From Bdellovibrionota bacterium (GTDB lineage: Bacteria > Bdellovibrionota_C > UBA2361 > OMII01), in contig JBIKWQ010000066.1 in NCBI GenBank assembly GCA_044356215.1, positions 1 through 18,704 on the forward strand: a DNA stretch of 18,704 nucleotides, read 5' to 3'. The notes under the pieces are model-generated. The model was not told the DNA's origin. It saw only the letters and a list, made by a program, of their open reading frames with translations, and searched no databases. Positions 1 to 6,869 of this stretch are shown one piece after another; position 1 is the stretch's first letter; each line of letters begins with the position of its first letter. The translations under genes were made by a program, and so were the position numbers.

Positions 1-394
1 TGATGGTCGAGTTGTAGCGGAAGTGGGACTTGTCCCTCGTAGCCATGGCTCGTTGATGGTCGAGTTGTAGCGGAGTGGGACTTGTCCCTCGTAGCGCTGG
101 CTTGGTGATGGTCGAGTTGTAGCGGAGTGGGACTTGTCCCTCGTAGCCATGGCTCGTTGATGGTCGAGTTGTAGAGGAAGTGGGACTTGTCCCTCGCAGC
201 CATGGCTCGTTGATGGTCGAGTTGTAGAGGAAGTGGGACTTGTCCCTCGCAGCCATGGCTCGTTGATGGTCGAGTTGTAGCGGAGTGGGACTTGTCCCTC
301 GTAGCGCTGGCTTGGTGATGGTCGAGTTGTAGCGGAGTGGGACTTGTCCCTCGTAGCCATGGCTCGGCTTTCGCCGAGCCATGGCGAAGTGGGA
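1..394. repeat. Tandem array of 7 units of 52-53 bp (probably truncated by the window edge) ending in a hairpin-bearing terminal unit
   Basis: Units start at 1, 54, 106, 158, 211, 264 and 316. Consensus TGATGGTCGAGTTGTAG(C/A)GG(A)AGTGGGACTTGTCCCTCG(T/C)AGCCATGGCTCGT; units 2 and 6 end GCGCTGGCTTGG. No unique spacers; unit lengths are not multiples of 3. Confidence 0.95.
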
Positions 395-492
395 AAAACA
401 CCTTGTGCTCCGCCTCAGCGCTACCGATACTAGATCTTACGTCTTGTATAGCGCTTGGCTTTTGGGCGGGAATTACAAAAAGGGGATTATTT

Positions 493-744
493 ATGAAGGC
501 AACACTAACTTTGGCGTTATTTTGTTTGGTTGGATTATCAGCTTGTACTCACCATTCAGCTCCAGCTCCTGAGGCGGCTGCTCCAGCAGTTGCGGCTTGC
601 TCGTGCGGCAAAAAGGCATCCAAGTGCGCCTGCGATAAGTGCAAGGATAGCGCGGGTGCTAAGTGCGACTGCGGTAAGGCTAAGATGGCTTGCTCCCATA
701 AGGGACACGCTGATTGTGGTGGCCATAACTGCGGCGGACACTAG
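493..744 (+). CDS. Small Cys/His-rich lipoprotein, metallothionein-like (83 aa)
   Basis: ATG at 493 follows AGGGGA. MK, hydrophobic stretch and LSA-C lipobox (Cys18), then an Ala/Pro linker, then 10 Cys and 4 His in 48 residues (three CxC motifs, two CGGH). The ORF track's 337 start lies within the tandem repeat and is unlikely. Confidence 0.8.
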   Translation: MKATLTLALFCLVGLSACTHHSAPAPEAAAPAVAACSCGKKASKCACDKCKDSAGAKCDCGKAKMACSHKGHADCGGHNCGGH

Positions 745-790
745 GCAAGGCCGGCAAAACCTCGCTATGGGTAGGTTTTGCCGGCCTTCC
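745..790. mobile_element. 46-bp internally deleted copy of the IS5-like MITE; probable bidirectional terminator
   Basis: Left end GCAAGGCCGGCAAAACC is fused to the last 29 bp of the element (TCGCTATGGGTAGGTTTTGCCGGCCTTCC). Flanks are CTAG (741-744) and CTAA (791-794). Forms a 16-bp perfect stem (747-762/773-788) between convergent genes. Confidence 0.75.
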
Positions 791-807
791 CTAAGCGAGG
801 TTTTGCC

Positions 808-1620
808 TCACTGCTTTCCTTGCGGTTGACTCGGCGAGCACCGGTTTATCTCCCACAGTTTCGAATACTTCATTAGGACGCCGTAGCTCTCTATGAAAGC
901 TACTACGAGCCCCGCGGTCCCCTCTCTAAATCCCTTTTTGAATAGGTAGAACTTAAAAAAGCGGGCGATCGGACGGAGGATTATGTGCGCGAAAACATCG
1001 CTGCGCTCCCCACGTTTAGACATGGTAGCCGCCGCGTTAGACGCTAGGGTGTTTAATCGCCTGATATAATCGGTGAGATCGGTAAAGGAATAGTGAAACA
1101 TCTCCCCAGTGCAGCGAGCTGTACCTCCGCTTACACTCGCTTTCTCATGCGGATCCTCGCCGCCCCAAGTTGTGGCGTCGCGCCTGCAAAATCTTAAGCG
1201 GTACTCAGGATACCAGCCGCCCTTTCGCCACCACCTGTTCAGAAAGAATACCACTCGATTTAAGTAGTAGCCGTTGAATTTTATCTCGCCTCTGCTATCC
1301 GCCTCGGTTATGAGCGTCAGCTCCCGCGCCAATTCAGGGGACACCTCTTCGTCCGCGTCTAAGTTTAAAACCCAATCACCGCTACAGAGTGATAAAGCAT
1401 AGCGCTTCTGGTCCACGTAACCGGTCCAGGCGCGGTACGAGATCTTATCTGTGAATTCCCGGCAGATCTCGATCGTTTTATCTGTTGAACCGGAGTCGAC
1501 TATAATTATCTCATCGCACCAGGCAACGCTCTCTAAGCAACGCCGGATCTGGCGCTCTTCATCGCGGCAGACGATGAACGCCGATACTGTGGATCGCGGG
1601 TTTTTATCTGATTTGGACAC
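808..1620 (-). CDS. Glycosyltransferase family 2 (WaaE/KdtX-like LPS core glycosyltransferase)
   Basis: Motifs DEIIIVDSGSTDKT, WVLNLDADE, GWYPEYRLR and the C-terminal FFKFYLFKKGFREG...KYSKLWE are typical of the beta-1,4-glucosyltransferase-like GT2 group. GTG start. Confidence 0.9.
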   Translation of the reverse strand: MSKSDKNPRSTVSAFIVCRDEERQIRRCLESVAWCDEIIIVDSGSTDKTIEICREFTDKISYRAWTGYVDQKRYALSLCSGDWVLNLDADEEVSPELARELTLITEADSRGEIKFNGYYLNRVVFFLNRWWRKGGWYPEYRLRFCRRDATTWGGEDPHEKASVSGGTARCTGEMFHYSFTDLTDYIRRLNTLASNAAATMSKRGERSDVFAHIILRPIARFFKFYLFKKGFREGTAGLVVAFIESYGVLMKYSKLWEINRCSPSQPQGKQ

Positions 1621-1747
1621 TTGTACTCTGCTCCGGGAAGAACTGCCTTAAGTCCGGGTATTCAATAGCTAACAGGGGTTAAAATGCAAGCCCCATAAAA
1701 ATCTGACAGGATGGGCGTGAGATTCGATGAAACCGCGCCAAATCATG

Positions 1748-1776
1748 TCGACACCCCTGGTCAGTCGGTGTAAAAC
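1748..1776 (+). promoter_or_regulatory. Possible sigma70-type promoter for the carbamoyltransferase operon
   Basis: TCGACA-N17-TAAAAC, about 40 nt upstream of the ATG at 1818, in a divergent intergenic region. Confidence 0.35.
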
Positions 1777-1817
1777 ATGGGAGGTAATTACGTCTTAGAA
1801 TCAGGTTGAAATCGCCT

Positions 1818-3635
1818 ATGAACATCCTTGGAATATCAGCTTTCTATCACGACAGCGCGGCTTGCCTAATCAGCGATGGCAAGATAATCGCGGCCGCTCA
1901 AGAGGAGCGCTTTACTCGTAAGAAACACGATCCAGATTTCCCAAAACACGCGGCGGCGTATTGCCTTAAGGCGGGAGGGATCACGATTAAAGATGTCAAC
2001 TTCGTGGCGTTCTACGACAAGCCACTCTTAAAGTTTGAGCGTTTGTTAGAGACCTACCTCGCCACGGCCCCTCAAGGATACACATCTTATGCGCGGGCGA
2101 TGCCTCTTTGGTTAAAGCACAAGTTGTGGATCCCAGATACGATCAAGAGTGAGCTTGGCTATGATGGTGAGGTGCTGTTTACTGAGCACCACCAGAGCCA
2201 CGCGGGGTCGGCGTTTTATCCATCGCCTTTTCAAGAGGCGGCGATCTTAACGATCGATGGAGTTGGGGAGTGGACGACTAATAGCCTCGGAGTTGGTAAG
2301 GGGAACCTCTTCTCGATCATGCGCGAGATCAAGTTCCCGCACTCGGTTGGGTTGCTCTACTCAGCGTTTACTTATTTCACCGGTTTTAAGGTTAATTCGG
2401 GTGAGTACAAGGTCATGGGACTGGCTCCATACGGAGAGCCACGTTACGTTCAGAAGATCTACGACAATCTATTTGACCTACGTGACGATGGCTCGTATCA
2501 CCTCAACTTAAAGTATTTTAATTATATGGAAGGCCTCTCGATGACTAACGAGGGGTTTGATCAACTCTTTGATGGCCCCCGTCGTAAGCCAGAGAGCCCC
2601 TTAACGCAGCGCGAGATGGATCTCGCCGCGTCGATTCAGGTGGTGGTTGAGGAGTGCATGATCCGTCAGGCCAATTTCCTGCACCGTGAGACCGGCTTAA
2701 ACAATCTCTGTATGGCGGGCGGTGTAGCGCTTAACTGTGTCGGTAACGGCAAGCTACTTCGAAGTGGACCGTTTAAAAACATCTGGATCCAGCCAGCCGC
2801 TGGCGATGCGGGGGGCGCGTTGGGAGCGGCCTTGTGCACTTGGTACGGATACCTAAACAATCCACGCCACACCAACGAGCATACCGACTCACAGAGACAA
2901 TCACTCTTAGGGCCTGAATTCAGCGATGAAGAGACTGTATCACAGCTCGCGCAATTTGGCGCTGTAACGAAGCGCGTTCAGGGGGATGAGTTGTTTAAGG
3001 TAACAGCCGATCTGCTAGCGCAAGAGAAAGTTATCGGCTGGTTCCAAGGTCGGATGGAGTTTGGGCCTAGAGCTTTGGGAAATCGAAGTATCTTAGGTGA
3101 TCCTCGTTCGCAAGCTATGCAGGCGACGATGAACTTGAAGATCAAGTTCCGTGAGTCCTTCAGACCCTTCGCTCCAGCGGTTATGCGAGAGCACGTATCA
3201 GAATACTTCGATCTGGATTACGACTCTCCTTACATGTTGATGGTGGCGCCGGTGAGCGAGAAGCGCCGCGTAGCGATGACACCAGATCAAGAGAAACTGT
3301 TCGGTATAGCGAAGTTAAATGTACCGAAGTCTGATATACCGGCGGTAACGCACGTTGATTATTCGGCGCGTATTCAAACCGTCACGGTGTCGCAACACCC
3401 AACTTTTTACAAGTTACTAGCGGCTTTCAAAGCCAAAACAGGATGTCCTGTTTTGGTAAACACGAGCTTTAACGTTCGTGGAGAGCCGATCGTATGTACG
3501 CCGGCGGACGCTTACGCGTGCTTTATGAGAACTAACATGGACGCTCTCATAATCGGCAATATCGTGATGTTGAAAGAGGAGCAGCCAAAGTGGCAGGAGC
3601 GCGAAGATTGGAAGACGAAATTCGAGTTGGATTAG
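1818..3635 (+). CDS. Carbamoyltransferase, NodU/CmcH (SxtI-like) family
   Basis: MNILGISAFYHDSAA, QEERFTRKKH, EHHQSHA, DGVGEW, GEYKVMGLAPYG, AGGVALNC, EFGPRALGNRS, FRPFAP, NTSFN. ATG 1818 preferred over TTG 1806. Confidence 0.95.
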   Translation: MNILGISAFYHDSAACLISDGKIIAAAQEERFTRKKHDPDFPKHAAAYCLKAGGITIKDVNFVAFYDKPLLKFERLLETYLATAPQGYTSYARAMPLWLKHKLWIPDTIKSELGYDGEVLFTEHHQSHAGSAFYPSPFQEAAILTIDGVGEWTTNSLGVGKGNLFSIMREIKFPHSVGLLYSAFTYFTGFKVNSGEYKVMGLAPYGEPRYVQKIYDNLFDLRDDGSYHLNLKYFNYMEGLSMTNEGFDQLFDGPRRKPESPLTQREMDLAASIQVVVEECMIRQANFLHRETGLNNLCMAGGVALNCVGNGKLLRSGPFKNIWIQPAAGDAGGALGAALCTWYGYLNNPRHTNEHTDSQRQSLLGPEFSDEETVSQLAQFGAVTKRVQGDELFKVTADLLAQEKVIGWFQGRMEFGPRALGNRSILGDPRSQAMQATMNLKIKFRESFRPFAPAVMREHVSEYFDLDYDSPYMLMVAPVSEKRRVAMTPDQEKLFGIAKLNVPKSDIPAVTHVDYSARIQTVTVSQHPTFYKLLAAFKAKTGCPVLVNTSFNVRGEPIVCTPADAYACFMRTNMDALIIGNIVMLKEEQPKWQEREDWKTKFELD

Positions 3636-3643
3636 AGCAGTCA

Positions 3644-4105
3644 GTGGTAGAAGCTTCGGCGCCGGCGCTAGCAGCGGAGGTAGATCCGTTGGAGGTTGTG
3701 TCTTTTGGTAAGACTACCCGTCAGCATGTGCGTGAATTCGGCGCTCTGTTCGGGGTAATCTGCCTAGCAGTTGCTGGATGGAGATTATATCGTGGTCACG
3801 ATTTCGCCCCAACGGCGGGGTGGCTAGTCGCTGGTGTGCTTTTTGGGTCTCTTGGTTTTTTCGCGCCGCGATTACTGATGCCTGTTTGGCGGGCATGGAT
3901 GAAATTCGCGCACTACCTATCGATAGTGATGACAGCGGTGCTTTTAACAGTCACCTGGTGCGTGGGCTTTTTGCCGATGGCGTTCGCTTTAAAGGTCTTA
4001 GGCATAAGGCGTATGGATACATCTTTTAAAGCGGACAGGGCTACTTACTGGGAGCCGCGAGACCAAAAATACGATGATTTCAAACGCTTAGAACTTCAGT
4101 ACTAG
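3644..4105 (+). CDS. SxtJ-family membrane protein
   Basis: REFG motif, hydrophobic helices, VWRAWMKFAHYL, TYWEPR and terminal QY. Lies directly after the carbamoyltransferase, as is typical for this family. Start uncertain (GTG 3644 chosen; the ORF is open from 3590). Confidence 0.8.
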   Translation: MVEASAPALAAEVDPLEVVSFGKTTRQHVREFGALFGVICLAVAGWRLYRGHDFAPTAGWLVAGVLFGSLGFFAPRLLMPVWRAWMKFAHYLSIVMTAVLLTVTWCVGFLPMAFALKVLGIRRMDTSFKADRATYWEPRDQKYDDFKRLELQY

Positions 4106-4219
4106 GATTTAAAAAAAGCCTGAAGCGTTTCTGACAAAACCCCTGACTACTGTTCAGCTAGTAATAGTTCTCCTAGGCGGCTTGGTGCCGCTCATGGTTC
4201 TGTAAGTGACAGAGGTTTT

Positions 4220-4657
4220 ATGTCTAACGCTCTTAGAGCTGAGGAATTAGCGGTTTTCAGAGGGCCGGAATACAAGGCCACAGATGGTGGCCTGTATTCT
4301 GGCAAGGTTTATCAATTTCCGATGCAGTACCGCGCGCGTCGCGGAAATATAGGAAAGTCCCTGCTAGGTGCGCTGTTTGTTACTCTAGGGTTAACAGCGG
4401 GGGCGTACGCGCTGGTTTCACCGGAGATCCTGCGTATTTTACCTGTGCCGCACATCGCGTTCGCCTTCTTCGTCCCGTTCGCGACACTACTTTATCTGAC
4501 AGATTTTCGTCTCACTAAGTTGCTTGGCCATATCCTCAAGGGGTTCTCAAGTGTGGTGCTGATCGCCGCGATTAGCTTCGCTGTTGCTAAGTTCACCGAC
4601 AAGGCGGCGCAAGCTCCGATCGAGCAACCAAATATCAGTTACACATCGGTAGGATAG
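4220..4657 (+). CDS. Hypothetical membrane protein (about 3 TM helices)
   Basis: ATG follows AGAGG; three hydrophobic segments; no recognisable family. Confidence 0.7.
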   Translation: MSNALRAEELAVFRGPEYKATDGGLYSGKVYQFPMQYRARRGNIGKSLLGALFVTLGLTAGAYALVSPEILRILPVPHIAFAFFVPFATLLYLTDFRLTKLLGHILKGFSSVVLIAAISFAVAKFTDKAAQAPIEQPNISYTSVG

Positions 4658-4710
4658 ACCCCGCCATTAAACTGATGCGCCGAGATTAATCGCGTAGTAA
4701 CATCAGTTGA

Positions 4711-5844
4711 ATGGCAGACCAAATTAATCCCCTAGACCTAGGTATCCGTTTTATCGTTGAGCCTTCTGGGCCGGTGCTATTAGATCATGAGGCTCGCGCG
4801 CTACAAGACCTACGCCCCGCTGGAATTATGCTACGCAAGCGTAATTTTAAGCAGAATGAACCCTACGATAGTTGGCTTAAGACCTATCGAGATCTCTTAT
4901 TAAGTTGCAGGCAGGCTATCGGGCGTGAATCGATAGTGGTTTCAATCGACCACGAAGGTGGCGCGGTGCATCGATTCCCAGAGCCGATTACGCGATTTCC
5001 ATACGCCGCTACCTATGGCGCCAATCAGGAGTGTGTTTTCGAGGTGGCGTCGATGATGGGCGCTGAGCTCGCGGCTCTCGGGATCAACGTATCTTTCTCT
5101 CCAGTCGCTGATATTCACTCAAACCCAAGTAATCCGGTGATTAATCAGCGCGCCTTTGGAACCGAGCCGGAAGGGGTCGCGGCCGCGGCGATCGCGTGCG
5201 CGCGAGGGCTGCGCCAGAATGGGGTTATTCCATGCGCTAAACACTTCCCTGGACACGGCGATACCGCCACTGATTCTCATTTCTCAGTTCCGGTCCTGTC
5301 GGCGAGTATCGATGATTTGCGTAAGCGCGAACTCGCCCCGTTTAAAGCACTGATTGATTCGGGGATCGAGTTAATCATGACAGCTCACATTATGGTTCCT
5401 AGTCTAGATCCCGATAATCAAGCGACCATCTCGCCAAGGATCCTGACCGACCTTTTGCGAAGTGAGTTGGGCTTTAAGGGGCTAACGGTAGCGGATGCCC
5501 TCGGTATGAGTGGTATCAAGGACCAGGTCGCGGGAGAGGCGTTTGGTGTTACAGCGCATAATGCTGGGCTAGATCTATTCCTGTTTGTAGGTGACAACGT
5601 ATCGATCGATGACGCTGTCTTGGCGCGAGATAGGTTAAGTAACGCCGAAGCGGCGGGTCACTTGGATCGTAGTTCACTCCTGAAAGTTCAGACTAGGGTC
5701 GGTTCATTCATCGACCTGCTTCCAAGAAATGAACCGATCATTATTGCGGCTGAGGACTTAAGGAGACACTCCGAGTTGGCGCGTAAGCTCAAGGAGAACG
5801 CCCCCTGGAGTGACTTTAAATTCAGTCCCGAGGGGTTTTACTAA
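4711..5844 (+). CDS. nagZ: Beta-N-acetylhexosaminidase, GH3 (NagZ)
   Basis: SIDHEGGAVHR, PVADI, the KHFPGHGDTATDSH signature, IMTAHI, LRSELGFKG..VADALGM. Confidence 0.88.
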   Translation: MADQINPLDLGIRFIVEPSGPVLLDHEARALQDLRPAGIMLRKRNFKQNEPYDSWLKTYRDLLLSCRQAIGRESIVVSIDHEGGAVHRFPEPITRFPYAATYGANQECVFEVASMMGAELAALGINVSFSPVADIHSNPSNPVINQRAFGTEPEGVAAAAIACARGLRQNGVIPCAKHFPGHGDTATDSHFSVPVLSASIDDLRKRELAPFKALIDSGIELIMTAHIMVPSLDPDNQATISPRILTDLLRSELGFKGLTVADALGMSGIKDQVAGEAFGVTAHNAGLDLFLFVGDNVSIDDAVLARDRLSNAEAAGHLDRSSLLKVQTRVGSFIDLLPRNEPIIIAAEDLRRHSELARKLKENAPWSDFKFSPEGFY

Positions 5845-5886
5845 GGAAGGCCGACAAAACCCCTCCCTACTGCGAAAGCGGATCTT

Positions 5887-6049
5887 TAGGGCATCGCAGT
5901 TCTTTATCACCACAGAGGACGCAGAGGACACAGAGAACGGCCATTTTATCGGCAATTATGGGGTTTTCTCTGTGTCCTCTGCGTCCTCTGTGGTGAAAAA
6001 TATTTTACTAATTGTCTCAGCAACTTTCCAAAAACACTGCGACGCCCTG
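5887..6049. mobile_element. Nested 163-bp MITE with 9-bp target duplication (ISAs1-like ends)
   Basis: GCGGATCTT is duplicated at 5878-5886 and 6050-6058 but is single in the 13301-13483 copy. TIRs TAGGGCATCGCAGT / ACTGCGACGCCCTG (12/14 match). Confidence 0.85.
5907..5996. repeat. Perfect 31-bp inverted repeat built from 9-nt CRCAGAGGA units
   Basis: TCACCACAGAGGACGCAGAGGACACAGAGAA (5907-5937) and its exact reverse complement (5966-5996), with a 28-nt spacer. Confidence 0.95.
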
Positions 6050-6108
6050 GCGGATCTTGAGCTGCTCTTCGAGTTTTCGAGATGGGAAAAAATCCTCAAT
6101 GTATCACA

Positions 6109-6157
6109 GACTTCGGCGAGCTCAGTCGAGCCGAGCTCGCCGAAGTCAGTCGAGCCG
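6109..6157. repeat. REP-like palindrome insert
   Basis: 15-bp perfect stem GACTTCGGCGAGCTC (6109-6123)/(6133-6147) plus direct repeat TCAGTCGAGCCG (6122-6133, 6146-6157). Absent from the 13301-13483 copy. Confidence 0.8.
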
Positions 6158-6165
6158 GGGATACA

Positions 6166-6238
6166 TCTCCGGCCTTCGCTAAAGCTACGGCCGGCGAGAT
6201 AATGTAGGACCGGACGTAGCCTTGGCGGAGTCTGGTCC
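6166..6238. repeat. Inverted pair of GTAG-type REP-like hairpins
   Basis: CCGGCC-TTCGCTAAAGCTAC-GGCCGG (6169-6194) and GGACCGGAC-GTAGCCTTGGCGGA-GTCTGGTCC (6207-6238). The cores are near reverse complements. Absent from the 13301-13483 copy. Confidence 0.75.
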
Positions 6239-6315
6239 GGTTTTTTCCCATCTCGAAAATCGAATATCAACTCAACCTCCACTTTCTCGCTACGGGTAGG
6301 TTTTGCCGGCCTTCC

Positions 6316-6702
6316 TTAATGAACGATGATCTTCTTGCTACCCTCGCCACCGTTTGTGAAGTCGGTGATGTCTATGTCAGGCTTTGAATCGAATGGATCG
6401 ATCGATGAGCCCCTCGTTTTTCCACTTCCATAAAGCGATCCGCCCAGGGTCCCCTCAAAGCTCTTAGCTAGGGTGTTTATCTGCTTTCTTAGCATAATCA
6501 CTTTGTACGCGGCGTAGCAGAGAAGCCCACCGAGTACTAAGAGACAGAATGCTATCGCTCCAAGCACAAACCTTGGGGCTAGTAATACGACGATTCCTAA
6601 AGCTATCAGGAGGAAACCCGGCAAGAAGGGTATCCCTCTTTTAGGTGATAGAAAAATCGCTCCTGAGATGACTCTGTTGCTTTTGGGGCGAACTTTGACC
6701 AT
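6316..6702 (-). CDS. Hypothetical membrane protein (2 TM helices)
   Basis: 128-aa ORF with ATG start, basic N-terminus and two hydrophobic helices. Its stop abuts the MITE end. Confidence 0.75.
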   Translation of the reverse strand: MVKVRPKSNRVISGAIFLSPKRGIPFLPGFLLIALGIVVLLAPRFVLGAIAFCLLVLGGLLCYAAYKVIMLRKQINTLAKSFEGTLGGSLYGSGKTRGSSIDPFDSKPDIDITDFTNGGEGSKKIIVH

Positions 6703-6869
6703 GAGGCAAAGTATACCCCAGATCGAATTAGATAACCACCAGATCTGGCGAGATATATGATGCGATCTGTAGATCCAATTGAGCCCCCAGCCCGTTTCGG
6801 GTTAGTCTCGTGGCTGGCGGCTCAAGGTGAGAGAAAAGATTCACTGGCTCGCCAAACTTCGGTTGACAT

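Larger units (their letters stand above)
5845..6315. mobile_element. Composite IS5-like MITE (471 bp) carrying nested insertions
   Basis: Termini GGAAGGCCGACAAAACC...GGTTTTGCCGGCCTTCC, flanks CTAA/TTAA. Colinear with the reverse complement of 13301-13483 except for three inserts (183+172+48+68=471). Confidence 0.9.

Noticed and set aside
1..366. CRISPR array
   Set aside because: Whole units repeat, with no unique spacers and no cas genes in the window.
337..492. N-terminal extension of the lipoprotein ORF, and overlapping ORFs 381-572, 530-829 and 556-741
   Set aside because: The extension starts inside the repeat; the RBS and signal peptide point to ATG 493; the others are shadow frames.
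1818..4105. Saxitoxin biosynthesis cluster
   Set aside because: Only the widespread SxtI/J-like pair is present, with no sxtA, sxtG or other core genes.
5758..6282. ORFs 5758-5955, 5810-6202 and 5956-6282 as genes or a transposase
   Set aside because: They are translations of palindromic MITE DNA (TTEDAEDTE appears on both strands) with no DDE or HUH motifs.
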